Shown piece by piece: positions 21,393 to 31,244 of a DNA stretch of 64,000 bases. The position numbers were made by a program, and so were the translations under genes. How positions within the stretch are numbered: position 1 is the stretch's first letter; every line of letters starts with the position of its first letter. The stretch is from Chryseobacterium gleum (lineage in GTDB: Bacteria > Bacteroidota > Bacteroidia > Flavobacteriales > Schleiferiaceae), in the NCBI GenBank assembly GCA_945883565.1, contig CAMCXO010000010.1:8019-72018 (forward strand), written 5' to 3'. A model generated the notes under the pieces. The model made no database searches. It was not told the origin of the DNA and worked only from the letters and a program-made list of their open reading frames with translations.

Positions 21393-22850
21393 AAGATTTT
21401 ACACCTTAGTATGGAATGTTATCCGGCTGCCAAAGCCGGTGGGCTCGGAGATGTGGTGGGTGCCTTACCAAAGTACCAAAACCGTTTGGGAAACGAGGCT
21501 ATGGTTTTAATGCCTAAATACCTTAGCACTTGGATATCAAAGGTAAAAACGGAGTTGGTTTTTGAAGGCCAATTTGTCCAATATGGGCAGTGGAAATCTT
21601 TTTCAGTAGAGAAGGTATTAAATGAAGGCCTTGGTTTCGATTTGTTTCTTCTCGATTTACGAGGCTATTTCGACCGAGAAGGCATTTATATCCATCCACA
21701 AACTGGCCTCGGATTTGAAGATGAGCCAGAGCGAAATGTGGCGTTTCAAAAGGCCGCTTTGCGCTGGGTTTCATCTTGGGAAACATTACCTGATTTGATG
21801 CATTGCCACGACCACCATACGTCTTTGGTACCTTTCTTTATGAATGAAACCCACGAATATGGGCATTTAAGAAGAATACCCACGGTATTGACCATCCACA
21901 ATGGTATGTACCAAGGCGGAATAGGATGGGAAAAAATTGGAGTTATGCCTGCCTTTCATCCTGATAGAGCCGGGTTGCTTGAGTGGAATCAGCACATTAA
22001 CTCTTTGGCATGTGGCGTAAAATGTGCATGGCGGGTAACCACTGTTTCGCCTGGTTATATGAACGAACTGGCTCAGGAATCGCGTGGAATGGAAATGCTG
22101 TATAGAATGGAATGGCGCAAATGCATTGGCTTACTTAACGGAATAGACAACGAAGTTTGGAATCCAGAAACCGATACTCATTTGGTGGTAAATTACAGCG
22201 GCGATATAGAATATTATAAGGAAGCGAACAAAAGATATATTGCAAGCACTTATGGTTTAAATGGAGATCTTCCGCTTTTTGCCTTCATAGGTCGATTTGC
22301 CCATGAAAAAGGGGCTGATCTCTTGCCCCAAATCATTTCGTTGGCTTTAGAATCGAAAATGGCGGCCAGCTTTTTTGTTTTGGGTAGTGGAGATGTAAGC
22401 GTTCAAAACGAAATTGCTGAATTGTCGGCCAAATACCCGGGCCGATTTGCTTACGAATTTGCCTATAACGAGCCGTTGTCAAGAAAAATATATGCTGGAA
22501 GTGACTTCCTATTGATGCCATCACGTGTAGAACCTTGTGGGCTTAATCAACTTTATGCCTTTAGATACGGCACTTTGCCAATGGTACACGCGGTTGGGGG
22601 ATTGAGAGATACGGTGTTGGATATAAGAAGCAACCCTTCTTCGGGAAATGGTTTCTGGTTTAAGCAGTTAAGTTCCGAAGAAATACTGGCTTCTTTACAA
22701 GCAGCCATCGATCTATATAAAAACCATTCTGCTTATATTGAGCGCATTCAACAAAATCAATTGCTCGACCACTCTTGGGAAACTGCCACAGAAGCCTACA
22801 CCAAACTGTATAAAGAAATAACGCTACAAAAAGACGCAATCCATGCATGA
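21393..22850 (+). CDS. glgA: glycogen synthase (Bacteroidetes type)
   Basis: ORF track start is 21357. The likely start is MKILHLSMECYPAAKAGGLGDVVGALPK at 21393. GT5/GT1-like fold. Confidence 0.85.
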   Translation, partial: KILHLSMECYPAAKAGGLGDVVGALPKYQNRLGNEAMVLMPKYLSTWISKVKTELVFEGQFVQYGQWKSFSVEKVLNEGLGFDLFLLDLRGYFDREGIYIHPQTGLGFEDEPERNVAFQKAALRWVSSWETLPDLMHCHDHHTSLVPFFMNETHEYGHLRRIPTVLTIHNGMYQGGIGWEKIGVMPAFHPDRAGLLEWNQHINSLACGVKCAWRVTTVSPGYMNELAQESRGMEMLYRMEWRKCIGLLNGIDNEVWNPETDTHLVVNYSGDIEYYKEANKRYIASTYGLNGDLPLFAFIGRFAHEKGADLLPQIISLALESKMAASFFVLGSGDVSVQNEIAELSAKYPGRFAYEFAYNEPLSRKIYAGSDFLLMPSRVEPCGLNQLYAFRYGTLPMVHAVGGLRDTVLDIRSNPSSGNGFWFKQLSSEEILASLQAAIDLYKNHSAYIERIQQNQLLDHSWETATEAYTKLYKEITLQKDAIHA

Positions 22851-24114
22851 ACACAATGCCTTAGCCCTCATTTTAGGAGGTGGTGCCGGAACCCGTTTGT
22901 ATCCATTAACCGGCCAAAGAAGCAAACCTGCTGTACCCATTGCCGGTAAATACCGATTAATTGATATTCCCATTTCAAATTGCATCAATTCGGGCATTCG
23001 GCGTATGTATGTTTTAACCCAGTTCAACTCGGCTTCGTTAAACCAGCACATCAAGAATACTTACAATTTCGACTTTTTCTCAAATGGCTTTGTTGACATT
23101 TTAGCGGCCGAACAAACACCCGGAAACGATAAATGGTTTCAGGGAACGGCCGATGCTGTGCGTCAAAGCCAGCATCATGTTGACCGCCACGACTATGAGC
23201 AAATTCTAATTCTATCCGGCGATCAGCTCTATCAGATGGATTTATCGGCTATGCTCACCTATCACAAAGAAAAAGGTGCCGATTTAACCATTGCAACCAT
23301 TCCGGTGGTGGCCCACGATGCCACCAGTTTTGGAATTATGAAGGTGGATAACAATGGCATGATAGAGCGGTTTATAGAAAAACCAAAGGCCGATGTTTTG
23401 GAAGATTGGAAAAGCAAAGTAACCCCTGAAAATAGTCGTAAGCGCAAGTATTTTCTGGCCTCGATGGGAATTTACATATTCAACCGTGAAACCATGCACA
23501 GCTTGCTGAGCCAATACCCTGCTGCTACCGACTTTGGAAAAGAAATCATTCCAATGGCCATAGAAAGTGGATTGAAAGTAGCAAGTTACAGTTATGAAGG
23601 ATATTGGACAGACATCGGAAATATTCCGTCTTTCTTTGAAGCCAATATTGAATTAACCGATCCGCTCCCAAAATTCAATTTGTTTGACGAGAGCAACCGC
23701 ATATTTACAAGGGCGCGCTTACTTTCGCCCTCTAAGTTTTATGGCACACGAATTAACCGGGCCATAATTGCCGAAGGCGCTATAATTAGGGCCAATCGAA
23801 TTACCCGTTCGGTTATTGGTATCAGAAGCCGAATTGGAGATAGGGTCGTTATAGAAAATTGTATAATGATGGGTTCTGATTATTACGAAACCCTCGAGCA
23901 AATTTTAGAACCCGGCCATACACCCATCGGCATTGGGGAAGGCAGTAAATTAATGAATGTCATTATTGATAAAAACGCTGCCATTGGCAAAAATGTGACC
24001 ATTATCGGGAGTTCCAAACTGCCCGATATGGAGGCAGAAAGCTATGTGGTTCAGGGTGGTATTGTGGTGATTAAAAAAGGTGCCATTATTCCAGATGGAA
24101 CGACAATTGCGTAA
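22843..24114 (+). CDS. glgC: glucose-1-phosphate adenylyltransferase
   Basis: 423 aa. LILGGGAGTRLYPLT nucleotidyl-transferase motif; C-terminal left-handed beta-helix hexapeptides. 8-nt overlap with glgA. Confidence 0.9.
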   Translation: MHEHNALALILGGGAGTRLYPLTGQRSKPAVPIAGKYRLIDIPISNCINSGIRRMYVLTQFNSASLNQHIKNTYNFDFFSNGFVDILAAEQTPGNDKWFQGTADAVRQSQHHVDRHDYEQILILSGDQLYQMDLSAMLTYHKEKGADLTIATIPVVAHDATSFGIMKVDNNGMIERFIEKPKADVLEDWKSKVTPENSRKRKYFLASMGIYIFNRETMHSLLSQYPAATDFGKEIIPMAIESGLKVASYSYEGYWTDIGNIPSFFEANIELTDPLPKFNLFDESNRIFTRARLLSPSKFYGTRINRAIIAEGAIIRANRITRSVIGIRSRIGDRVVIENCIMMGSDYYETLEQILEPGHTPIGIGEGSKLMNVIIDKNAAIGKNVTIIGSSKLPDMEAESYVVQGGIVVIKKGAIIPDGTTIA

Positions 24115-24133
24115 ATAGCGCTCTGAATACAAA

Positions 24134-24811
24134 GTGTTTGACCCCCTTTTAGAAATTGCCTGCTTTAATGGCCGCGACTTGATGGTGGCGGCCCAGGCAG
24201 GAGCGGAAAGGCTAGAATTTTGCAGCCACTATTATTTAGGTGGTTTAAGCCCCGATTATTTAGAGCTTCAAACCTTGCGAGCCGAAATAGAACAGCCCAT
24301 ATGGTGCATGCTTCGGTTAAAACCAGATTCTTTTGTGGTGCACGAAAATGAATGGCCTAAATACATTGCATACGCCGAAAAGTTAACCCAAGCTGGTGCT
24401 AACGGTTTAGTGTTTGGCTGTTTAACAATACAAAACGAAATAGATACCGAAATACTAAGCAGACTATGCGATGCTACCCATTTACCTTTTGCGTTTCACA
24501 GGGCTTTTGATAAAGTAGGTAATTATAATCAGGCCATAGAAATCTTATCTAATTATCGAATATCGCACATTTTAAGTTCAGGTGGAGGAGAAGTGGCTGC
24601 AGAAAATGCCGATGTCCTGTTTGAGCTGCAAGAATTTGCCGGAAATGCCATCAAAATAGTAGCAGGCGGCGGGGTTAGAGCCCATAATGCTCAAATGCTT
24701 TTGCCTCTTCAAATACACAGCTCCGCACTAAATTTAAATGCAAACGCCGTAGATGTCTCAGAAATAGCCACTTTAAAGCAAATGGTAGAGGCTTCCAAAG
24801 CCGCCCAATAA
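24134..24811 (+). CDS. cutC: copper homeostasis protein CutC
   Basis: 225 aa. LEIACFN...AERLEFCS, FHRAFD and AGGGVRAHN match the CutC TIM-barrel family. Confidence 0.75.
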   Translation: MFDPLLEIACFNGRDLMVAAQAGAERLEFCSHYYLGGLSPDYLELQTLRAEIEQPIWCMLRLKPDSFVVHENEWPKYIAYAEKLTQAGANGLVFGCLTIQNEIDTEILSRLCDATHLPFAFHRAFDKVGNYNQAIEILSNYRISHILSSGGGEVAAENADVLFELQEFAGNAIKIVAGGGVRAHNAQMLLPLQIHSSALNLNANAVDVSEIATLKQMVEASKAAQ

Positions 24812-24897
24812 GCTGGAAATTCGCAATAAGCCGGCTTTGAGTGCTATAAAAAATTGCTTTCCTTCGCGTTCCAAATTTAATTCCCTACTCGAAACTT

Positions 24898-26025
24898 ATG
24901 AAGCGTAGTATCTTATTGCTGTTTGCAGCTGTTATGACCCTTTCGTGCAATTCACAAAACAAACTCAAAGTGAATGGCGAGAAAGTTGAACTCCAGGATG
25001 GTCTTTATGCCATGATGTCGACTTCTGAAGGCGACATTCTGATTCGTTTAGAACATACTTTGGCACCTATGACGGTAGGTAATTTTGTGGCTTTGGCCGA
25101 AGGTAAAATGCCGAATAAAGCCCGCAAAGCCGGTGAGCCTTTTTACGATAATACCATTTTTCATCGTGTAATTCCAAACTTCATGATTCAAGGTGGAGAC
25201 CCCGATGGAACCGGACAGGGTGGACCGGGTTACAGCTTCGCCGACGAATTTGACCCTAGTCTTAAACACAGTGGCCCCGGTATTTTAAGTATGGCCAATG
25301 CAGGTCCTGGCACCAATGGAAGCCAGTTTTTTATCACCCATACGGCTACTCCTCACTTAGACAATCGCCATTCGGTTTTTGGTAAAGTGATTAATGGACA
25401 GGATATTGTGGTTAAAATTGGCAATGTGGCCAAAGGACAGGCCGACAAACCAAATGTTGACGTGGTTTTGAAAAAACTCAGTATTGTAAGAGTGGGGAAA
25501 GAAGCCAAAGCGTTTGATGGTTTGGCAGCCTTTGAAGCCGGTAAAGTAAAAGCAGCTGAAGCCCAAGCCAAAGCGGATATCGAAAAAGCCAAAAAAGCGG
25601 AAGAAGCTAAAAAGGAAATTGAAAAGCTTATGGGAGAAGCCGAGATTACAGCCAGCGGTTTGGGGGTTATCATCAAAGAAAAAGGAAATGGCCCTAAACC
25701 AAATGAAGGTCAAATGGTAAACGTGCATTATGCCGGTTACTTGGCAGATGGTACTTTGTTCGATAGTTCAATTAAAGAAATTGCCCAAAAAGCAGGCATT
25801 TACAATGCTCAACGCGAGCCATATGCACCCTTTCAATTGCCTTATGGCAATAAAGCTCAAGTAATTGAGGGATGGAAAGAAGGCATTCAAATGCTTTCTG
25901 TGGGCGATAAGGCACGATTAATAATTCCACCACATTTGGGCTATGGTGAGCGCGGCGCAGGAGGGGTTATTCCGCCTAATGCTGTCCTCATTTTTGATGT
26001 TGAAATTGTGAGCATTGCCGAATGA
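24898..26025 (+). CDS. peptidylprolyl isomerase, cyclophilin plus FKBP dual-domain lipoprotein
   Basis: 375 aa. Signal/lipobox LSCNS; cyclophilin motif [14 protein letters not shown]...GSQFFIT; coiled linker; C-terminal FKBP domain ([16 protein letters not shown]...LIFDVEIV). Confidence 0.85.
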   Translation: MKRSILLLFAAVMTLSCNSQNKLKVNGEKVELQDGLYAMMSTSEGDILIRLEHTLAPMTVGNFVALAEGKMPNKARKAGEPFYDNTIFHRVIPNFMIQGGDPDGTGQGGPGYSFADEFDPSLKHSGPGILSMANAGPGTNGSQFFITHTATPHLDNRHSVFGKVINGQDIVVKIGNVAKGQADKPNVDVVLKKLSIVRVGKEAKAFDGLAAFEAGKVKAAEAQAKADIEKAKKAEEAKKEIEKLMGEAEITASGLGVIIKEKGNGPKPNEGQMVNVHYAGYLADGTLFDSSIKEIAQKAGIYNAQREPYAPFQLPYGNKAQVIEGWKEGIQMLSVGDKARLIIPPHLGYGERGAGGVIPPNAVLIFDVEIVSIAE

Positions 26026-26966
26026 GTGAACCATTAGCCCAGGGCCTTTACAGTCGCTTTTCGACGAGCAAAGGCCAAATCACCGTTAAGCTAGAAATGG
26101 ACAAAGCACCTTTAACTGTTTCAAATTTTGTTGGACTTATTGAAGGCTCTCTCCCCAATTCATTTAGAAAATCGGGTGAACCCTATTACGACGGGTTGAA
26201 GTTTCATCGCGTTATTGCCGATTTTATGATTCAAGGGGGAGACCCAACGGGCAATGGCTCCGGTGGCCCAGGTTATAAATTTGCAGATGAATTTCATCCC
26301 GACTTAAAACACGATAGTCCCGGGGTTTTAAGCATGGCCAACGCGGGTCCAGGCACCAATGGAAGCCAGTTTTTTATAACCCATCTCGAAACACCCTGGC
26401 TAGACAACAAGCACACTGTTTTTGGCAAGGTGGTAGAAGGCTTGGAAGTGGTGAACAACATCCGCCAAAACGACATCATGCAGAAAGTGGAGGTCATTCG
26501 TGTCGGCGAAAGCGCTCTAAACTTCGATGCCGTGACCGTTTTTAAAGAACACCTTCAAAATGCCGAAAAGGCGGTAAAGGAAGTTAAGGCCAAATTAGAA
26601 GCCGCTTGGAATGCCCTCACCGAAAACAGCCAAGAAACCCTTAGTGGACTTCGATACAAAATGCATACAGAAGGCAAAGGGAAGAAACCACTTAAAGGCA
26701 GTAGGGTAGCGGTACACTATGCCGGTAAACTTATGGATGGAAAAGTATTCGACAGCTCGTTACAGCGCAATCAGCCACTTGATTTTAAGGTGGGTATTGG
26801 TCAAGTAATTGAGGGCTGGGATGAAGGCATTCTATTGCTAAACGAAGGAAGCAAAGCCACTTTTTACATTCCAAGTAATTTAGCTTATGGTGCCCAAGGT
26901 GCCGGAGGGGTTATCCCGCCTCATGCCAATCTTATCTTTGAAGTAGAATTGGTTAAGGTGTATTAA
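26022..26966 (+). CDS. peptidylprolyl isomerase, cyclophilin plus FKBP dual-domain (paralog)
   Basis: 314 aa. Same architecture as the preceding gene ([14 protein letters not shown]; [17 protein letters not shown]...LIFEVELV). 4-nt overlap with the upstream paralog. Confidence 0.85.
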   Translation: MSEPLAQGLYSRFSTSKGQITVKLEMDKAPLTVSNFVGLIEGSLPNSFRKSGEPYYDGLKFHRVIADFMIQGGDPTGNGSGGPGYKFADEFHPDLKHDSPGVLSMANAGPGTNGSQFFITHLETPWLDNKHTVFGKVVEGLEVVNNIRQNDIMQKVEVIRVGESALNFDAVTVFKEHLQNAEKAVKEVKAKLEAAWNALTENSQETLSGLRYKMHTEGKGKKPLKGSRVAVHYAGKLMDGKVFDSSLQRNQPLDFKVGIGQVIEGWDEGILLLNEGSKATFYIPSNLAYGAQGAGGVIPPHANLIFEVELVKVY

Positions 26967-26994
26967 CCTAAAAAAAAGCGAGAAATTTGTTTTA

Positions 26995-27022
26995 ATAAAA
27001 AAGGCCCATTGGGCCTTTTTTT
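26995..27022. terminator. bidirectional intrinsic terminator between convergent genes
   Basis: AAAAAAGGCCCATTGGGCCTTTTTTT: a hairpin flanked by an A-run and a T-run. Confidence 0.7.
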
Positions 27023-27031
27023 GTTTTAACA

Positions 27032-28201
27032 TTAAGGGTAAAGCAAATATTTCAATCGCTTTAATTTAAAGGATGCTAATTCCTTTTCATACAATTTGGG
27101 TAAATCATCGGCAGACATGCCACCTATTATGGCTTTTCTAATTTTATCGGTACCCGCCAGTTTGTCAAAAAATGGATTAAAAAACCCTTTTTTATTAGGT
27201 GCCGACTTATACATTTCAACCAGCCACAGCCAATATATTTTTTGGAGGGTTGGCATATAATGTTCTCCAAAGTTGCTTAATAAAATACCCGTACATGCCT
27301 CATTTAAAAAAGGAGGATTGGGTGCAGCTCTTCTTGCTTCGGGCTTAAAATAAAAACTGCCTTCCAAGAACCATGGGGCACCAATAAGTTGGAAAGGATA
27401 GTCGGTGCCTCGGCCCACACTAATGGGTGTTCCTTCAAAAAAGCATAAACTTGGATACAAGGCAACAGCCGCCAAGTTGGGTAAATTAGGAGAGGGTGCT
27501 ATGGGCAGCTCTACCACCATATTGTGGGCATACCCTTCACATTTAACAACCCGCAAATCGGCTTTCAGCCCATTTTTCAACCAACCTTCGCCATTAACCA
27601 TATGCGCGTATTCGCCAACCGTGAGGCCATGCACAACGGGCACAGGATGAAGCCCTACAAAAGATTCAAAACCTTTTTCTAAAACAGGGCCATCTACGTA
27701 GTAGCCATTGGGATTGGGCCGGTCAAGTACCAAGAAAGGTTTTCCGTATTCGGCACAAGCTTCCATGGCATAGCTCATGGTAGAGATATAGGTATAGAAA
27801 CGTGCGCCTACATCTTGAATATCGAAAACCACCAAATCCACATAGTCGAGGTGTTCTGCCAATGGCTTTTTGTTTTTTCCGTAAAGTGAAACCACAGGTA
27901 AGCCACTTTTAGCATCGCGACCATCGTTTTGGGCTTCTCCGGCAGCAGCTTCGCCTCTAAAGCCATGCTCTGGTGCCCAAATTATTCGAATGTCTATGCC
28001 TTTTTCAATTAAGAAATCAACCAAATGGGTGTCGTGTACCCTTGAAGTGTGGTTGGCTATAATGCCCACCCTTTTTCCTTTAAGCCAATCTTCATAGGCA
28101 TCAAAACGTTCGGCGCCTACCGTTATTTGACCCCATGCGAATTGGCTCCATAAGGTCGAAACAACTAACACAAGCCAGCTATATTTACGCCCAATGCCCA
28201 A
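27032..28201 (-). CDS. DUF1343 family protein (NamZ-like exo-beta-N-acetylmuramidase)
   Basis: ORF track extends to 28345. A TTG at 28201-28199 gives the signal peptide M-GIGRKYSWLVLVVSTLWSQFAWGQ. Conserved DUF1343 blocks WAPEHGFRGE and VFDIQDVGARFYTYISTMSYAMEA. Confidence 0.7.
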   Translation of the reverse strand: MGIGRKYSWLVLVVSTLWSQFAWGQITVGAERFDAYEDWLKGKRVGIIANHTSRVHDTHLVDFLIEKGIDIRIIWAPEHGFRGEAAAGEAQNDGRDAKSGLPVVSLYGKNKKPLAEHLDYVDLVVFDIQDVGARFYTYISTMSYAMEACAEYGKPFLVLDRPNPNGYYVDGPVLEKGFESFVGLHPVPVVHGLTVGEYAHMVNGEGWLKNGLKADLRVVKCEGYAHNMVVELPIAPSPNLPNLAAVALYPSLCFFEGTPISVGRGTDYPFQLIGAPWFLEGSFYFKPEARRAAPNPPFLNEACTGILLSNFGEHYMPTLQKIYWLWLVEMYKSAPNKKGFFNPFFDKLAGTDKIRKAIIGGMSADDLPKLYEKELASFKLKRLKYLLYP

Positions 28202-29438
28202 ATTACAAAAAAACCCAAGTTTTGCATGGCTGGTAGCCCAACGGTGGTCGCTCGCACAGGCCGGCAAGATTTCTAAAAGAGTGGTGAAAATTGGCATAAC
28301 CGCCATGGCATTAAGTGTTTTTGTTATGATAGTTTCCATTGCCACTGGCCTTGGACTTCAAAAGCGAATTACCGAAAAAGTTACAAGCTTTACAGGCCAT
28401 TTTCAAATTTTACCTTATCCACCCGACGACAATTTGGAAAACGTTCTGGAAGATGCCGATAGCCTGCTTACCTTTTTAAGGCACCAACCTGGTATTTTGC
28501 ATGTTCAAAAAATAAGCGAAAAACGTGCCCTTCTTAAAACCGAAAACGATTTTGAAGGGGTTGTTTTAAAAGGAATAGATTCTACTTTCGATTGGAACAG
28601 CTTCGATGCGTTTATACGCGCGGGTAAGCGTCCCGATTTTAGTACAGCCGATTTCAACGACAGTCTGGTGGTGAGCGAAACTTTAATGCAAAAATTAAAT
28701 CTGAACCTGGGCGATGAAGTAGCGCTATTTTTTGTTCGCGATCAAGGTCGCCCTCCTTTGGTAAGGCGGTTAACAGTAGGAGGAACCTTTACCACCGGCA
28801 TGGAGATTTTCGATTCTCAATACATCCTTGGTCATCATAAACACCTTCAACAAATAATGAAATGGCCAACCAACGCCGCTCAGCGTCTGGAAGTTTTTGT
28901 GCGTAAGCCAAAAGATGCCGAAAAGCTAGCCGACTATTTTACCGCCCGTTTGCCTATGAGTGCCGATACTTGGTTAGCCCAGAACCGCTTTCCGGAAATC
29001 TTTAAATGGATAGAACTTTTCGACATCAATATCTACCTCATACTTATTATCATGTTGGCCGTTGGCTTGGTTAATACCATTGTGGCCTTACTCACCCTAA
29101 TTCTCGAAAGCAAACGCCATATTGGGTTGTTTAAGGCCATCGGCGCCAGCAATGCGCAGCTTCGAAGTCTTTATCGTTACAGAAGCTTATACATAATGGG
29201 GTATGGCCTTTTTTGGGGAAATGTTTTGGGATTGGGTTTTTGCATATTGCAATCAACCACCGGGTTTTTAAAGCTCGATCCTGAAGTTTATTTTGTTGAC
29301 AAAGTACCTATTGCAATTGAGATTTGGCACATAGTGGCCTTAAACGCTTTGGTGGTGGTTAGCGGTTACTTAAGCATGAATCTTCCTGTACGTATTATTT
29401 CGAGAATAGACCCGACCGAGAGTATGAAGGCTTTTTAA
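28194..29438 (+). CDS. ABC transporter permease, FtsX/LolC-E family
   Basis: 414 aa. N-terminal FAWLVAQRW...KISKRVVKIGITAMALSVFVMIVSIA TM helix, large periplasmic loop, three C-terminal TM helices. Confidence 0.85.
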   Translation: MPKLQKNPSFAWLVAQRWSLAQAGKISKRVVKIGITAMALSVFVMIVSIATGLGLQKRITEKVTSFTGHFQILPYPPDDNLENVLEDADSLLTFLRHQPGILHVQKISEKRALLKTENDFEGVVLKGIDSTFDWNSFDAFIRAGKRPDFSTADFNDSLVVSETLMQKLNLNLGDEVALFFVRDQGRPPLVRRLTVGGTFTTGMEIFDSQYILGHHKHLQQIMKWPTNAAQRLEVFVRKPKDAEKLADYFTARLPMSADTWLAQNRFPEIFKWIELFDINIYLILIIMLAVGLVNTIVALLTLILESKRHIGLFKAIGASNAQLRSLYRYRSLYIMGYGLFWGNVLGLGFCILQSTTGFLKLDPEVYFVDKVPIAIEIWHIVALNALVVVSGYLSMNLPVRIISRIDPTESMKAF

Positions 29439-29445
29439 GAAGTTG

Positions 29446-29799
29446 TTATTGACCCGTTTTCCAAAGATGTTCGAGGCTCTTGGCTTTCTCATTTATCCAT
29501 TGCTCGCCTACCTTTAACCGCAGATCGATATAATGTGCGGTAATATTTTCTATTTCTACCAATTCCAAGCTGTCAAGATTAGAATAATCGCGACTTAAAA
29601 CATCTCTATAGAAAACAAAAAGGGAATCCTGACGCTCCCATTTCGTGTTTATATCATCCTCAACAAGGCTTTGGCTCTCTTTCAACAAAAGCCTTAGTTC
29701 TGCAATAACCTGTTTTTTGTTTTCAGCCCGATGCGAACACGAAAAGGCCCAAAAAACTATACAGCACATCAATGAGCTACTTTTAAAACAGTTTCCCAT
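29446..29799 (-). CDS. hypothetical small lipoprotein
   Basis: 117 aa. Cys-containing signal (FSCS). No recognisable domain. Confidence 0.4.
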   Translation of the reverse strand: MGNCFKSSSLMCCIVFWAFSCSHRAENKKQVIAELRLLLKESQSLVEDDINTKWERQDSLFVFYRDVLSRDYSNLDSLELVEIENITAHYIDLRLKVGEQWINEKAKSLEHLWKTGQ

Positions 29800-29819
29800 G
29801 TCAGTTTAGGGTGTCTTAT

Positions 29820-30521
29820 TTAAAAAGGATTGGTGGCCCAAACACCTAGCTCCGGAATGAAGCCTCTGTCGTCCATTTCAAGCGCCGATACAATGGCATA
29901 GGCCAAATCGGATGCACGAAGTTTATTCGCCTGCTCCAGCCGTTCGTCGCGATCAGGTCGATTAAAAGCAGTAGGAACCTCGCTTGGGTTTACCTGAATA
30001 ACACGCACATTGTAAGGTCTTAATTCAGTTCTCCAACATTCGCTTAATGCCCTTAAAGCAAATTTTGATGCCGAATACACACTGCCATTGGCAAAACCTT
30101 TAAGGGAGGCCGAGCTCCCAATATTCACAATATTGCCATGTCGTTGTTGCATAAAAATTTTAGCGGCTATGGCGCCAGCTATGGCTGCACCAAAAACATT
30201 GGTTTCAAATACCCGCCTAAAAGTTTCGCGGTTAACAGATTCCATAGGGCCAAATTCGCCAATGCCGGCATTGTTAATTAGGGCATCCAAGCGGCCATGG
30301 TTATTCACTATTTGGGCCATCCCAGCTTCAAGGGCAGCATCATCTTCCATAGGCGCTTCTATTGTATGAGCGCCTATTAAAGCAGCTACCGAACGCAACT
30401 TGGCTACATCTCTACCACTAATATAAACTTTGGCGCCTTTCTCGGCCAAAAGGGCAGCAGTGGCCTTGCCTATACCTGAACTTCCACCCGTTATCAGTAC
30501 CACACTGTTTTTAATTTGCAT
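29820..30521 (-). CDS. SDR family oxidoreductase
   Basis: 233 aa. ITGGSSGIGKA Rossmann motif, NNAG, and YSASK catalytic Tyr-x3-Lys. Confidence 0.9.
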   Translation of the reverse strand: MQIKNSVVLITGGSSGIGKATAALLAEKGAKVYISGRDVAKLRSVAALIGAHTIEAPMEDDAALEAGMAQIVNNHGRLDALINNAGIGEFGPMESVNRETFRRVFETNVFGAAIAGAIAAKIFMQQRHGNIVNIGSSASLKGFANGSVYSASKFALRALSECWRTELRPYNVRVIQVNPSEVPTAFNRPDRDERLEQANKLRASDLAYAIVSALEMDDRGFIPELGVWATNPF

Positions 30522-30648
30522 GAGCTTTTATTTAGGCGAAAAGTATGAAACCTTAAGAGGTTAATGCCCAAAAATGTTTTCGTTGCTGCCGATTAGTTTC
30601 GGTTTTTCCGGAAACTCATCGTAATTTGAGCCATGATAATAATTTAGA

Positions 30649-31224
30649 ATGTTCGACCAATTTTACGGCTTTGATTTCGCCTTGCAGGTGTTTTGGGGCA
30701 CCGCCGCCATAGCCTCCGTTATTTTTGTCATTCAGGCCATTATGACTTTCATGGGGGGAGATGCCGGCGATGGTTTATCGGCCGATTTCGAAAGTCTGGA
30801 AGGAGCCGATGGTCCTTTTCAATTGCTGTCTCTTCGAAGCCTTATAAACTTTGCCATGGGTTTTGGCTGGACAGGAGTGAGTTTTTATTACCACATCCCC
30901 AATATGTGGTGGCTTATTGTCCTCAGCACCTTGGTTGGCGTTGCCTTTGTAGCCGTTTTTGTTTTTGTTATGGCCAAATTGAGCCAATTGGCCGAAGACA
31001 ATACCTTCAAAACCGAAGAAACTTTAGGTCAAATAGCCGATGTTTATTTGCGCATTCCGGGCCATATGCAAGGCAAAGGCAAGGTAATGCTAAGCATTAA
31101 AGGTTCTTACAAAGAAATAGATGCCATGACCGAATTCGAAACCCAAGCCAGCGGCAGCGCCGTGCGCATTGTTAAAGTAGAAAACCCCGGCTTGGTTATA
31201 ATCGAGCCTTTAAACAAACCTTGA
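30649..31224 (+). CDS. NfeD-like membrane protein (short form, C-terminal OB-fold)
   Basis: 191 aa. Three TM helices, then a beta-rich C-terminal domain. Immediately upstream of a flotillin gene. Confidence 0.65.
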   Translation: MFDQFYGFDFALQVFWGTAAIASVIFVIQAIMTFMGGDAGDGLSADFESLEGADGPFQLLSLRSLINFAMGFGWTGVSFYYHIPNMWWLIVLSTLVGVAFVAVFVFVMAKLSQLAEDNTFKTEETLGQIADVYLRIPGHMQGKGKVMLSIKGSYKEIDAMTEFETQASGSAVRIVKVENPGLVIIEPLNKP

Positions 31225-31244
31225 AACCTTAAATTCATACCTAT

